From: Escherichia coli | Lineage (GTDB): Bacteria; Pseudomonadota; Gammaproteobacteria; Enterobacterales; Enterobacteriaceae | Strand: one strand, 5' to 3' | DNA length: 64,000 nucleotides | Assembly (NCBI RefSeq): GCF_013122565.1 | Contig: NZ_CP053258.1 | Shown: piece by piece, positions 44,455 to 62,069 of the stretch | How the letters are laid out: each line of letters begins with the position of its first letter | Numbering within the stretch: position 1 is the stretch's first letter | Notes under the pieces: model-generated | What the model was told of the DNA's origin: nothing | The model's database searches: none | The model's input: only the letters and a program-made list of their open reading frames with translations | Position numbers and translations under genes: made by a program

Positions 44455-45501
44455 ATGGAAATATTCCTGTCTGACCCAATTTCGGCGGAATGTCCCTGCG
44501 GCCCGGATCTGGAGTACGATCCGGAATACCTGCTACTGTTCACTCGCGCCGCACCGCGTGAAGAAGCGCAATACGGCGATTTTGTCAGTACGCCGGAAAC
44601 CATTAACTGGGCGGAGCTTGAGCGGGACGCCCATCGTCTGCTGATGCGCAGCAAAGATATCCGCATTCTGGTTGTCCTGCTGCGCTGCCGTATCCAGCAG
44701 GCCGGCGCACAGGGACTGGCAGACGCGCTCGCGTTGCTGGAAACGTTGTGCGCCACGTACCCGGACGCCATCCATCCGCAACTGCTCGCGACTGAAGATA
44801 TCACCGCCGAAGAGGCGGCAGTGGCACGTAGTAACGCGCTGGCGGCGTTGCTGGACCACGAAGGAGTAATGGCGGATATTCGTGGCATTACACTGTCAAA
44901 TAATGTCGCCATGTGCCTTCAGGTTCGCGATGTGGAGCGTTCGCTGTCAGCATCACGCCCGGCGGATGCGCTGGCACCGGAATCAGTACGCCAGCAACTG
45001 GCCGACCTGGAAGCGCGCGGCACATTGCCGCTGGATGCCTTTCGCCAGGCCGCAGAGACCACTGAACGGCTGCAACGCCATGCGCGTGAAACGCTGAATG
45101 ACCAGGCACCGGACTTCTCCCGTCTGACGCAACTGCTGGCCCTGTTACCGGGAGCAGTGCAGAGCACCACGCCGGAGATCCTGCCACAACCACAGGCTGA
45201 ACAGCCGGAGAATGCCACCATCGATAATACTGAAAAGATGCAGGCAGAGCAGATTGCGCTAGCGGTGCATATCGCGGAGGAAATATCACCGATATCCGGC
45301 GCAGAACCTCGGCAGATCCGCGACCGGAACGATGCGCTGGAACGCCTGCGTGTCATCCGTCGCTGGTTTGAGCACAGCGAACCGAGCAGCCCGACCATTC
45401 CTTTGCTGCTCCAGGCAGAACGCCTGGTCGGAAAACGCTTCTCTGAGGTAATAAATGAAATTCCAGTAGAACTGCTGGAGAAATGGGATGCGCTGGAGTA
45501 A
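44455..45501 (+). CDS. tssA: TssA-family protein (ImpA N-terminal domain)
   Basis: 348 aa; N-terminal PISAECPCGPDLEYDPEY motif. Confidence 0.75.
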   Translation: MEIFLSDPISAECPCGPDLEYDPEYLLLFTRAAPREEAQYGDFVSTPETINWAELERDAHRLLMRSKDIRILVVLLRCRIQQAGAQGLADALALLETLCATYPDAIHPQLLATEDITAEEAAVARSNALAALLDHEGVMADIRGITLSNNVAMCLQVRDVERSLSASRPADALAPESVRQQLADLEARGTLPLDAFRQAAETTERLQRHARETLNDQAPDFSRLTQLLALLPGAVQSTTPEILPQPQAEQPENATIDNTEKMQAEQIALAVHIAEEISPISGAEPRQIRDRNDALERLRVIRRWFEHSEPSSPTIPLLLQAERLVGKRFSEVINEIPVELLEKWDALE

Positions 45502-45593
45502 CAGAAGTGGTCAGAATTTATAATGTCTGGCCATTTTTAAATCATATCGTTTTACTTCCGGAGTGAAAAATTCTCACTTCACCAAAACGACGA

Positions 45594-45625
45594 AAGCCCG
45601 AATCATTGCTGATTCGGGCTTTCTG
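45594..45625 (-). terminator. intrinsic terminator downstream of aspV
   Basis: aagcccgaatc ... gattcgggctt hairpin followed by U-run on the tRNA strand. Confidence 0.6.
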
Positions 45626-45630
45626 AATAT

Positions 45631-45707
45631 TGGCGGAACGGACGGGACTCGAACCCGCGACCCCCTGCGTGACAGGCAGGTATTCTAACCGACTGAACTA
45701 CCGCTCC
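45631..45707 (-). tRNA. aspV: tRNA-Asp (GUC)
   Basis: Exact 77 nt match to the E. coli tRNA-Asp sequence including CCA (reverse complement). Confidence 0.97.
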
Positions 45708-45839
45708 GCGTTGTGTTCCGTTGGGAACGAGGCGAATATTACGGATTGCCTCACCCTTCGTCAACGGTTTTTCTCATCCTTTGAATCGTTTGCTGCAAAA
45801 ATCGCCCAAGTCGCTATTTTTAGCGCCTTTTACATGTAT

Positions 45840-46571
45840 TTATGCCCGCCAGAGGCAGCTTCCGCCCTTTTTCTGCACCAGATCGAGACGGGCTTCATGT
45901 GCTGCAAGCTCTTCATCTGTCGCAAAAACAACGCGTAACTTACTTGCCTGACGTACAAGGCGCTGGATTGTTGCTTCACCTTGTTGCTGTTGTGTCTCTC
46001 CTTCCATCGCAAAAGCCATCGACGTTTGACCACCGGTCATCGCCAGATAAACTTCCGCAAGGATCTGGGCATCGAGTAATGCCCCGTGCAGCGTTCGTTT
46101 ACTGTTATCTATTTCGTAGCGAGCACATAACGCATCGAGGCTGTTGCGCTTACCGGGAAACATTTTCCTCGCCACCGCAAGGCTATCGGTGACCTTACAG
46201 AAGGTATTGGTCTTCGGAATATCGCGCTTAAGCAACGAAAACTCGTAGTCCATAAAGCCGATATCGAACGCTGCGTTATGGATCACCAACTCCGCGCCGC
46301 GGATATAGTCCATGAACTCATCGGCTACTTCGGCAAACGTGGGCTTATCGAGCAAAAATTCATCGGCAATACCATGTACGCCAAAGGCTTCAGGATCCAC
46401 CAGCCGATCGGGTTTGAGATAAACATGGAAGTTATTGCCCGTCAGGCGACGGTTCACCACTTCAACGGCACCAATCTCAATGATCTTGTGGCCTTCATAG
46501 TGCGCACCAATCTGGTTCATACCGGTGGTTTCGGTATCGAGAACGATCTGGCGTGTAATTGCAGTGCTCAT
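45840..46571 (-). CDS. dnaQ: DNA polymerase III epsilon subunit (3'-5' proofreading exonuclease)
   Basis: 243 aa from [17 protein letters not shown]; conserved synteny with rnhA. Confidence 0.95.
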
Positions 46572-46635
46572 AGCGGTCATTTATGTCAGACTTGTCGTTT
46601 TACAGTTCGATTCAATTACAGGAAGTCTACCAGAG

Positions 46636-47103
46636 ATGCTTAAACAGGTAGAAATTTTCACCGATGGTTCGTGTCTGGGTAATCCTGGACCTGGGGGTTA
46701 CGGCGCTATTTTACGCTATCGCGGACGCGAGAAAACCTTTAGCGCAGGCTACACCCGCACCACCAACAACCGTATGGAGTTGATGGCCGCTATTGTCGCG
46801 CTGGAGGCGTTAAAAGAACATTGCGAAGTCATTTTGAGTACCGACAGCCAGTATGTACGCCAGGGTATCACCCAGTGGATCCATAACTGGAAAAAACGTG
46901 GCTGGAAAACCGCAGACAAAAAACCAGTAAAAAATGTCGATCTCTGGCAACGTCTTGATGCTGCGCTGGGGCAACATCAAATCAAATGGGAATGGGTTAA
47001 AGGCCATGCCGGACACCCGGAAAACGAACGCTGTGATGAACTGGCTCGTGCTGCGGCGATGAATCCCACACTGGAAGATACGGGCTATCAAGTCGAAGTT
47101 TAA
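46636..47103 (+). CDS. rnhA: ribonuclease HI
   Basis: 155 aa from [23 protein letters not shown]; divergent from dnaQ. Confidence 0.95.
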
Positions 47104-47840
47104 GCCTGTGGTTTACGACATTGCCGGGTGGCTCCAACCGCCTGGCGAATTCGTGGCTTGTTTTTACTCTGTTTCATCTGATTTAGCGTTAAAGGAATAG
47201 TCCGTTTCCGGGCAACAATAAGTTGTAAGCAACCAAGCGCAGGAATATGCGCATTCAATAGTTTTCCTCCGTGTTTGTTCCACGGGAGAACGTGGAAACG
47301 GCTGGCGTGTAGCACTTCAAAATTCAACAAAGAGAGCCAATCCAGTTGCCGCATCAGAGTAAACATCCGGCTATTATAGGGCGAGGTTTTGCGCAATACC
47401 GGTACAAGTTTGCGTAATCCCATTAAACTGATGGGATTGAAGCCACTAATGACCAGCCAGCCATCATCAATCAATACCCGATCGGCCTCACGCAATAAAC
47501 GATGTGGATCGGTGCACCACGGCAATGTATGTGCCAGTAGACAAACATCAACGGATTTATCGGCAAAAGGAAGATGAAGTGGGTCCGCCTGTACCTGGAC
47601 GGGCATTCCTTGCGCAGAAACATTCACTTGATGAGAAACCGCGCACGCTTCGCAATTGATTTCTGCGCTTAAATTGCCAATCTTAAGCAGATGAAAACCA
47701 TACATTTTAGTGAACCACGGGTTGAGCTGGCGCTCCAGCGCCTTGCGATAAAGCTCTCCCCAGGGCAAATCGCCCCAGCAATCAGGAGCCACGACAGTTT
47801 GAGGGACTCTTGCCGGTTTCATCACAACCTTCCGTTTCAC
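47100..47840 (-). CDS. yafS: SAM-dependent methyltransferase YafS
   Basis: 246 aa ORF (true start may be the internal MKPARV at 47822); K-12 synteny. Confidence 0.8.
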
Positions 47841-47852
47841 ACTGAGAGGTAA

Positions 47853-48611
<759 letters not shown>

Positions 48612-48682
48612 TAAAACTTTCTTGTCATCGGCTCCATTCGCCGTTATGATCGGTCGTCTTTTAAGCAACTATTGACACACAC

Positions 48683-50041
48683 ATGAAGGCAAAAGCGATA
48701 TTACTCGCCTCTGTCCTGCTCGTGGGTTGCCAGAGTACCGGCAACGTTCAACAGCACGCACAGAGCCTTTCTGCAGCTGGTCAAGGGGAAGCAGCAAAGT
48801 TTACAAGTCAGGCACGATGGATGGACGATGGGACGTCTATCGCGCCAGATGGTGACTTGTGGGCTTTCATTGGCGACGAGCTAAAGATGGGAATTCCGGA
48901 AAATGACCGGATTCGCGAACAGAAACAGAAATATTTACGCAATAAGAGCTATCTCCACGATGTAACTTTACGGGCAGAGCCGTATATGTACTGGATAGCC
49001 GGGCAAGTTAAAAAACGTAACATGCCTATGGAACTGGTACTACTACCCATAGTGGAGAGCGCTTTTGATCCTCACGCAACGTCTGGCGCCAATGCCGCAG
49101 GCATCTGGCAGATCATTCCGAGCACGGGGCGCAATTATGGTTTGAAACAGACCCGCAATTATGACGCGCGTCGCGATGTTGTTGCTTCCACAACTGCCGC
49201 GCTGAACATGATGCAGCGTCTGAACAAGATGTTTGACGGCGACTGGCTTCTGACCGTAGCGGCTTATAACAGCGGCGAAGGTCGGGTCATGAAGGCAATT
49301 AAAACGAACAAAGCGCGTGGGAAATCCACGGACTTCTGGTCGTTACCGTTGCCGCAGGAAACGAAGCAGTACGTGCCTAAAATGCTGGCATTGAGTGATA
49401 TTCTCAAAAACAGCAAGCGTTATGGCGTACGTCTGCCAACGACCGATGAAAGCCGTGCTCTGGCGCGTGTGCACCTGAGCAGCCCGGTTGAAATGGCGAA
49501 GGTTGCAGATATGGCGGGGATTTCCGTCAGCAAGCTGAAGACATTCAACGCTGGCGTGAAAGGCTCCACGCTGGGCGCAAGTGGTCCGCAGTACGTGATG
49601 GTGCCAAAGAAGCATGCAGATCAACTGCGTGAATCTCTGGCTTCAGGTGAAATTGCTGCTGTACAGTCGACGCTGGTTGCCGACAATACGCCGCTTAACA
49701 GCCGTGTTTACACCGTACGCTCTGGCGACACGCTTTCAAGTATCGCTTCACGTCTCGGCGTAAGCACCAAAGATTTGCAGCAGTGGAACAAACTGCGCGG
49801 ATCTAAGCTGAAGCCAGGCCAAAGTTTGACGGTTGGTGCAGGCAGTAGCGCACAGCGGTTGGCAAACAACAGCGATAGCATTACGTATCGTGTGCGCAAA
49901 GGCGATTCGCTTTCAAGCATTGCTAAACGCCACGGCGTGAACATCAAAGATGTGATGCGCTGGAACAGCGACACTGCGAATCTGCAACCAGGCGATAAGC
50001 TGACGTTGTTTGTGAAAAACAACAACATGCCAGATTCCTGA
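48683..50041 (+). CDS. mltD: membrane-bound lytic murein transglycosylase D
   Basis: 452 aa; lipoprotein signal (LLVGCQS), SLT domain, C-terminal LysM repeats. Confidence 0.93.
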   Translation: MKAKAILLASVLLVGCQSTGNVQQHAQSLSAAGQGEAAKFTSQARWMDDGTSIAPDGDLWAFIGDELKMGIPENDRIREQKQKYLRNKSYLHDVTLRAEPYMYWIAGQVKKRNMPMELVLLPIVESAFDPHATSGANAAGIWQIIPSTGRNYGLKQTRNYDARRDVVASTTAALNMMQRLNKMFDGDWLLTVAAYNSGEGRVMKAIKTNKARGKSTDFWSLPLPQETKQYVPKMLALSDILKNSKRYGVRLPTTDESRALARVHLSSPVEMAKVADMAGISVSKLKTFNAGVKGSTLGASGPQYVMVPKKHADQLRESLASGEIAAVQSTLVADNTPLNSRVYTVRSGDTLSSIASRLGVSTKDLQQWNKLRGSKLKPGQSLTVGAGSSAQRLANNSDSITYRVRKGDSLSSIAKRHGVNIKDVMRWNSDTANLQPGDKLTLFVKNNNMPDS

Positions 50042-50088
50042 CAAACCAGATAATAAAAAGGCACCGATTCCCCCGGTGCCTTTTTTAT

Positions 50089-50859
50089 TTATGCCGCTTT
50101 ATGTGCTTCTACCATGATGATATCACTGGTGAAAGAGCCATCATTCTGCAAGGAAAAATACGTTCTCACCTCTGTCGATGCGCTCTGTTGGTAAATGCGA
50201 ATAGCGTCTACTAACGCTTCTGGCGTACGCATTCTCACGACCCATGAAGAAAATTCCAGCGGTAACTTATCTGTAATTAAATTATCAACTATCAGATTGG
50301 CTTCATTGATTAACGTCAACCACTCACCGCTGGCGTAGTTTCGTACGTGAGAGGTATCGCGTAATGCTTCTACCGTCTGTAACCAGATGTCGCGCACTGG
50401 GTGGCCCGGAGACATTACGTCCATCACAATCAGCCTACCGCCAGGTTTCAATATCCTATTCACTTCACGCAGTGCTGCACCAACATCATGCCAGTGATGG
50501 GCAGAATAACGGCTGATAACAATATCAAATGCGTTATCGGCAAATGGCAGACTTTCGGCATAACCCTGGCGGGTGGTGATATTTTTCAGTTGCCGGGCTT
50601 CGGCAGCTTGTGCCACGACATCCAGCATTTGGGCAGATAAGTCATACGCCACCACCGTGCTCACGTTTTGCGCAGCGACAAAGCTGGCATGCCCTGCTCC
50701 GCAGCCCATATCAAGTACACTTGCATCAGGATAATCAGCCAGACACACCGCCAGGCGCTGTAAATCTCGTCCGGATGCATGTACGGTACTGGTCAGATAT
50801 TCGCTGGCTTGAGAGCTAAACTGCTTTTCTACGTGGTCATGGTGGGATTGTGTTGTCAT
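50089..50859 (-). CDS. yafE: SAM-dependent methyltransferase YafE
   Basis: 256 aa; methyltransferase motif LDMGCGAGH. Confidence 0.85.
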   Translation of the reverse strand: MTTQSHHDHVEKQFSSQASEYLTSTVHASGRDLQRLAVCLADYPDASVLDMGCGAGHASFVAAQNVSTVVAYDLSAQMLDVVAQAAEARQLKNITTRQGYAESLPFADNAFDIVISRYSAHHWHDVGAALREVNRILKPGGRLIVMDVMSPGHPVRDIWLQTVEALRDTSHVRNYASGEWLTLINEANLIVDNLITDKLPLEFSSWVVRMRTPEALVDAIRIYQQSASTEVRTYFSLQNDGSFTSDIIMVEAHKAA

Positions 50860-50936
50860 TGCGCTGTCCTTTTGTTGTTTGAGTATAAAAGGGCAGCGCC
50901 AAACGTTGGTCTGCCCTGTGGCAGACCTGACATACC

Positions 50937-51788
<852 letters not shown>

Positions 51789-51977
51789 CTACTGTTATAG
51801 GGATTTTAGCTCACTCTTTCAACGAGCAATTGTATATTGTTATGTAAGCAAGTGCTTACACCGGTCAGAATTTTGCTCATTATTGAGAACATTAAATCGG
51901 ATGACATATCACGCATCCTGATGGTTTAATGACAAATAAATTCAAAATATCTCTTCTATTTTGCAACAGGAGCAAAA

Positions 51978-52892
51978 ATGAAAGCCACGTCGGAAGAACT
52001 CGCCATTTTTGTTTCGGTCGTCGAAAGCGGCAGCTTTAGCCGGGCAGCGGAACAATTAGGGCAAGCAAACTCAGCGGTAAGCCGGGCGGTGAAAAAGCTG
52101 GAGATGAAACTTGGCGTTAGCCTGCTTAATCGGACCACGCGACAACTTAGCCTGACGGAAGAAGGCGAGCGTTATTTTCGTCGCGTACAGTCAATTTTGC
52201 AGGAGATGGCAGCGGCAGAATCAGAAATTATGGAGACGCGTAATACACCGCGTGGACTGTTACGGATCGATGCCGCAACTCCAGTGGTGCTGCACTTTCT
52301 AATGCCGTTAATTAAGCCTTTCCGTGAACGCTATCCGGAAGTCACTTTATCGCTAGTCTCCTCCGAAACGATTATTAATTTGATCGAAAGAAAAGTGGAT
52401 GTCGCGATACGCGCCGGTACGTTAACGGATTCCAGCTTACGTGCCAGACCGTTATTTAACAGTTATCGAAAAATTATCGCCTCCCCCGATTATATTTCCC
52501 GCTACGGGAAGCCAGAAACGATCGACGATTTAAAGCAACATGTTTGCCTGGGATTCACTGAACCCGCTTCCCTCAATACCTGGCCGATAGCCTGTAGTGA
52601 TGGACAATTACATGAGGTGAAGTACGGTTTGTCATCCAATAGTGGGGAAACACTGAAACAGCTTTGCCTGAGTGGCAACGGGATTGCGTGTTTGTCCGAC
52701 TACATGATCGACAAAGAAATCGCTCGCGGAGAATTGGTGGAGTTAATGGCAGATAAAGTGTTGCCAGTGGAAATGCCATTCAGTGCAGTCTATTACAGCG
52801 ACCGTGCGGTAAGTACGCGCATCCGGGCTTTTATCGATTTCCTTAGCGAGCATGTAAAAACAGCTCCCGGAGGAGCTGTCAGAGAGGCTTAA
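51978..52892 (+). CDS. yafC: LysR-family transcriptional regulator YafC
   Basis: 304 aa; N-terminal helix-turn-helix and LysR substrate-binding domain. Confidence 0.85.
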   Translation: MKATSEELAIFVSVVESGSFSRAAEQLGQANSAVSRAVKKLEMKLGVSLLNRTTRQLSLTEEGERYFRRVQSILQEMAAAESEIMETRNTPRGLLRIDAATPVVLHFLMPLIKPFRERYPEVTLSLVSSETIINLIERKVDVAIRAGTLTDSSLRARPLFNSYRKIIASPDYISRYGKPETIDDLKQHVCLGFTEPASLNTWPIACSDGQLHEVKYGLSSNSGETLKQLCLSGNGIACLSDYMIDKEIARGELVELMADKVLPVEMPFSAVYYSDRAVSTRIRAFIDFLSEHVKTAPGGAVREA

Positions 52893-53692
52893 TCCCATTC
52901 AGGAGCCAGACCTTCCGGACTAACCAGGCGGTCGTTGCAATCCAGTGCGGCGATCGCTTTTTTATCTTCGACATCAAGCTGTAAATTTTGTGCCTTAAGA
53001 TTACTCTCCAGGTTTTCACGTTTAGTAGAAGAAGGAATTACTGAGTAACCTTCCCCCATAGCCCACGCCAGAATCACTTGTGCCGGAGTCGCATTGTGTT
53101 TAGCTGCGATACGAGCAATAACCTCATCTTTCAGGGCCTTACCATACGCCAGCGTCATATAGGAAGTAATATGGATGCCGTGCTGTTTAGCCCAGGCAAC
53201 CACTTTACGGTTTTGCAGATAAGGAGAGAGTTCAATCTGGTTAGTAGCGATGTTTTCAGCGCCAACAGCAGCAATCGCTTTTTCCATCAACGGGATCGTG
53301 AAGTTGGAAATACCGATCTCACGCGTCAGCCCTTGTTTTTTGGCTTCCCGCAGCGCCTGCATAAACTCTTCAACAGAGACTTCATCGTTTGGTGACGGCC
53401 AGTGGATTAGCGTCAGATCAACATAATCGGTACGCAATTTTTGCAGGCTCTCTTTTAGACTCGGGATCAATTTGTCTTTGCTGAGATTTTCAATCCAGAT
53501 TTTAGTGGTGATGTAGAGTTCATGACGTGGCACGCCACTTTCTGCAATCGCCTGACCTACTGCGGCTTCGTTATCATAGATTTGTGCGGTATCAATTGCG
53601 CGATAACCAAGTTCAAGCGCCGTTTTCACAGATGAAATAACAACGTCGTCTTTCAGACGGAAAGTACCTAAACCAAATGCAGGGATAGCCAT
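52889..53692 (-). CDS. dkgB: 2,5-diketo-D-gluconate reductase B (aldo-keto reductase)
   Basis: 267 aa; aldo-keto reductase family; position next to aspU. Confidence 0.9.
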   Translation of the reverse strand: MAIPAFGLGTFRLKDDVVISSVKTALELGYRAIDTAQIYDNEAAVGQAIAESGVPRHELYITTKIWIENLSKDKLIPSLKESLQKLRTDYVDLTLIHWPSPNDEVSVEEFMQALREAKKQGLTREIGISNFTIPLMEKAIAAVGAENIATNQIELSPYLQNRKVVAWAKQHGIHITSYMTLAYGKALKDEVIARIAAKHNATPAQVILAWAMGEGYSVIPSSTKRENLESNLKAQNLQLDVEDKKAIAALDCNDRLVSPEGLAPEWD

Positions 53693-53854
53693 AATATGCC
53701 TCTTTTAATGCTATTTTCGTTAACTGAGGTGATTATGGGCTTCAGACTGTTGCGGAAAAAGAGCGTAAAACGCAGAGGATTTTTGCGATTCTGGCAATAA
53801 TAGATATCCAGACGAAAAAAAACCTCGAGCATTAACTCGAGGCTTCTTAATAAG

Positions 53855-53931
53855 TGGCGGAACGGACGGGACTCGAACCCGCGACCCCCTGCGTGACAGG
53901 CAGGTATTCTAACCGACTGAACTACCGCTCC
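53855..53931 (-). tRNA. aspU: tRNA-Asp (GUC)
   Basis: Identical 77 nt tRNA-Asp sequence, downstream of 5S rRNA. Confidence 0.97.
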
Positions 53932-54122
53932 ACCGAATTCTTTTACAACCACCGGTTTTATGACCGGCTTACTGCTTAATTTGATGCCTGGCAGTTTATG
54001 AATCACTTCGTGATTCACCCTTCGGGCCGTTGCTTCGCAACGTTCAAAAGCTTTCGCTTTTGTCCTACTCTCTTATCGAGTAGTGAACTGCCTTAAAGGT
54101 CAGTGCCATTCTTCGTAATTTG

Positions 54123-54242
54123 ATGCCTGGCAGTTCCCTACTCTCGCATGGGGAGACCCCACACTACCATCGGCGCTACGGCGTTTCACTTCTGAGTTCG
54201 GCATGGGGTCAGGTGGGACCACCGCGCTAAGGCCGCCAGGCA
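54123..54242 (-). rRNA. rrfH: 5S ribosomal RNA
   Basis: 120 nt match to E. coli 5S rRNA (reverse complement). Confidence 0.95.
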
Positions 54243-54335
54243 AATTCTGTTTCATCAGACCGCTTCTGCGTTCTGATTTAATCTGTATCAGGCTGAAAAT
54301 CTTCTCTCAATCCGCCAAAACATCTTCGGCGTTGT

Positions 54336-57239
<2,904 letters not shown>

Positions 57240-57422
57240 TCACAACCCGAAGATGTTTCTTTCGACTCATCATCGTGTTGCGAAAATTTGAGAGACTCAC
57301 GAACAACTCTCGTTGTTCAGTGTTTCAATTTTCAGCTTGATCCAGATTTTTAAAGAGCAAAACTTCGCAGTGAACCTTTGCAGGTACACTCTGAAGTATT
57401 TTTTATTTAATCACTACAGAGA

Positions 57423-57498
57423 TGGTGGAGCTATGCGGGATCGAACCGCAGACCTCCTGCGTGCAAAGCAGGCGCTCTCCCAGCTGAGCTATAGCCCC
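57423..57498 (-). tRNA. alaV: tRNA-Ala (UGC)
   Basis: 76 nt match to tRNA-Ala in the 16S-23S spacer. Confidence 0.95.
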
Positions 57499-57540
57499 AT
57501 AACATGTAGTTAAAACCTCTTCAAATTTGCGGTGCAAATT

Positions 57541-57617
<77 letters not shown>

Positions 57618-57685
57618 GTAGAGGTTTTACTGCTCATTTTCATCAGACAATCTGTGTGAGCACTACAAAGAACGCTTCTTTAAGG

Positions 57686-59227
<1,542 letters not shown>

Positions 59228-59360
59228 AAAAGTTTGATGCTCAAAGAATTAAACTTCGTAATGAATTACGTGTTCACTCTTGAGACTTGGTATTCATTTT
59301 TCGTCTTGCGACGTTAAGAATCCGTATCTTCGAGTGCCCACACAGATTGTCTGATAAATT

Positions 59361-59380
59361 GTTAAAGAGCAGTTGCGACG
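59361..59380 (-). promoter_or_regulatory. rrn leader boxA antitermination element
   Basis: tgctctttaacaatttatca on the transcribed strand. Confidence 0.7.
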
Positions 59381-59404
59381 CGGCTTTCAGCTCACTGTCG
59401 CGAG

Positions 59405-59440
59405 GTGGCGTATATTACGCTTTCCTCTTTCAGAGTCAAC
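59405..59440 (-). promoter_or_regulatory. rrnH P2 promoter
   Basis: TTGACT - 16 nt - TAATAT on the transcribed strand. Confidence 0.65.
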
Positions 59441-59521
59441 CCTGAATTTCAGGATTTTTTCTCTTCAACCGAACCGGCTGTTTGTGTGAAGTGATTCACA
59501 TCCGCCGTGTCGATGGAGGCG

Positions 59522-59555
59522 CATTATAGGGAGTCGTCTCAGGAAGACAAGCGGA
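59522..59555 (-). promoter_or_regulatory. rrnH P1 promoter
   Basis: TTGTCT - 16 nt - TATAATG on the transcribed strand, AT-rich upstream region. Confidence 0.7.
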
Positions 59556-59593
59556 AAAATGCATTTTTATTTCAACCGCTCATCTTTTAATCA

Positions 59594-60166
59594 TTACGCC
59601 GGTTTTTGCTGCTTTTTTATCGCTTGCGGCAGGTCTGCCAGGCTATTTAACACCCAATCCGCCGCGTTTTCTGCTTCAGGCGTAATAGGTTTACCCGTAC
59701 GCACCAGCACTTTTGTTCCCACGTTCGCCGCAGCCGCTGCCTGCATATCTTCTAATTTATCGCCCACCATATAAGAAGCGGCCATATCAATATGCAAATA
59801 ATCGCGTGCTGACAAAAGCATCCCCGGATGTGGTTTGCGGCAGTCGCAGACCTGGCGAAACTCTTCAACACTACCCTGCGGATGATGCGGGCAATAATAG
59901 ATACCATCCAGATCGACATCGCGGTCCGCCAGCGACCAGTCCATCCACTCGGTCAGCGTTTCAAACTGTGCTTCAGTAAATTTACCGCGAGCAATGCCAG
60001 ACTGGTTGGTTACTACCACCAGCGCAAAGCCCATTTTTTTTAGCTCGCGCATGGCGTCAATAACACCGTCGATAAATTCAAAGTTGTCGATCTCATGGAC
60101 ATAGCCGTGATCGACATTAATGGTGCCATCACGGTCAAGAAAAATTGCGGGTACGCTCTTCGCCAC
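59594..60166 (-). CDS. gmhB: D-glycero-beta-D-manno-heptose-1,7-bisphosphate 7-phosphatase
   Basis: 190 aa; HAD motif FLDRDGTIN; conserved position upstream of rrnH. Confidence 0.92.
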   Translation of the reverse strand: MAKSVPAIFLDRDGTINVDHGYVHEIDNFEFIDGVIDAMRELKKMGFALVVVTNQSGIARGKFTEAQFETLTEWMDWSLADRDVDLDGIYYCPHHPQGSVEEFRQVCDCRKPHPGMLLSARDYLHIDMAASYMVGDKLEDMQAAAAANVGTKVLVRTGKPITPEAENAADWVLNSLADLPQAIKKQQKPA

Positions 60167-60249
60167 CTTTATAGCTCCTTAATAAGGCATGTGACGCTAG
60201 TATCGCATGTTTCGACCTGCAAGAAAGTGCTCTTCGCATAAACCTGATT

Positions 60250-60270
60250 GATTTAGACGTCTGGATGCCT
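60250..60270. promoter_or_regulatory. MetJ operator (met boxes) in the metN promoter region
   Basis: agacgtctggatgcct: perfect met box AGACGTCT followed by a degenerate copy. Confidence 0.6.
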
Positions 60271-60352
60271 TAACATCCATTTCATTGACGGCGTTGCCCG
60301 TTTCAGGCATTCGAAATGCCACGACTAACTTAATGACGATAATAAATAATCA

Positions 60353-61384
60353 ATGATAAAACTTTCGAATATCACCAAAGTGTTCCACCAGGGCACCCGC
60401 ACCATCCAGGCGTTGAACAACGTCAGCCTGCATGTGCCAGCTGGACAAATTTATGGCGTTATCGGTGCCTCAGGCGCGGGTAAGAGTACGCTTATACGTT
60501 GTGTAAACCTGCTGGAGCGCCCAACCGAGGGTAGCGTGCTGGTCGATGGCCAGGAACTGACCACGCTGTCAGAATCCGAGTTGACCAAAGCTCGCCGCCA
60601 GATTGGTATGATTTTCCAGCATTTTAACCTGCTCTCTTCGCGTACTGTTTTTGGCAACGTGGCTCTGCCGCTGGAGCTGGACAATACACCGAAAGACGAG
60701 ATCAAACGTCGCGTGACGGAATTGCTGTCATTGGTTGGTCTTGGCGATAAGCATGATAGCTACCCGTCGAATCTTTCCGGTGGGCAGAAACAACGTGTGG
60801 CGATTGCCCGTGCACTAGCCAGCAATCCCAAAGTATTGCTGTGTGATGAAGCCACCAGCGCGCTGGACCCGGCAACGACACGTTCTATTCTCGAACTGCT
60901 GAAAGACATCAACCGCCGTCTGGGTTTGACGATTCTGTTGATCACTCACGAAATGGACGTTGTGAAGCGCATTTGTGATTGCGTGGCGGTTATCAGTAAT
61001 GGCGAACTGATCGAGCAGGACACGGTAAGTGAAGTGTTCTCGCATCCGAAAACGCCGCTGGCGCAGAAGTTTATTCAGTCGACCCTGCATCTGGATATCC
61101 CGGAAGATTACCAGGAACGTCTGCAAGCGGAGCCATTTACTGACTGCGTGCCGATGCTGCGTCTGGAGTTTACCGGTCAATCGGTCGATGCCCCACTGCT
61201 TTCTGAAACCGCGCGTCGTTTCAACGTCAACAACAACATTATTAGCGCGCAGATGGATTACGCCGGTGGCGTTAAGTTCGGCATCATGCTGACTGAAATG
61301 CACGGCACACAACAAGATACGCAAGCCGCCATTGCCTGGCTGCAGGAACACCATGTAAAAGTAGAGGTACTGGGTTATGTCTGA
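60353..61384 (+). CDS. metN: methionine ABC transporter ATP-binding protein
   Basis: 343 aa; Walker [13 protein letters not shown] signature LSGGQKQR. Confidence 0.95.
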
Positions 61385-62030
61385 GCCGATGATGTGGCTG
61401 CTGGTTCGTGGCGTATGGGAAACGCTGGCAATGACCTTCGTATCCGGTTTTTTTGGCTTTGTGATTGGTCTGCCGGTTGGCGTTCTGCTTTATGTCACGC
61501 GTCCGGGGCAAATTATTGCTAACGCGAAGCTGTATCGTACCGTTTCTGCAATTGTGAACATTTTCCGTTCCATCCCGTTCATTATCTTGCTGGTATGGAT
61601 GATTCCGTTTACCCGAGTTATTGTCGGTACATCGATTGGTTTGCAGGCAGCGATTGTTCCGTTAACCGTTGGCGCAGCGCCGTTTATTGCCCGTATGGTC
61701 GAAAACGCTCTTCTGGAGATCCCAACCGGGTTAATTGAAGCTTCCCGCGCAATGGGTGCCACGCCGATGCAGATCGTCCGTAAGGTGCTGTTACCGGAAG
61801 CGCTGCCGGGTCTGGTGAATGCGGCAACTATCACCCTGATTACCCTGGTCGGTTATTCCGCGATGGGTGGTGCAGTCGGTGCCGGTGGTTTAGGTCAGAT
61901 TGGCTATCAGTATGGCTACATCGGCTACAACGCGACGGTGATGAATACGGTACTGGTATTGCTGGTCATTCTGGTTTATTTAATTCAGTTCGCAGGCGAC
62001 CGCATCGTCCGGGCTGTCACTCGCAAGTAA
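61377..62030 (+). CDS. metI: methionine ABC transporter permease
   Basis: 217 aa polytopic membrane protein overlapping metN stop. Confidence 0.95.
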
Positions 62031-62069
62031 CGTTCAACACAACATAAATAATTGAAGAAGGAATAAGGT

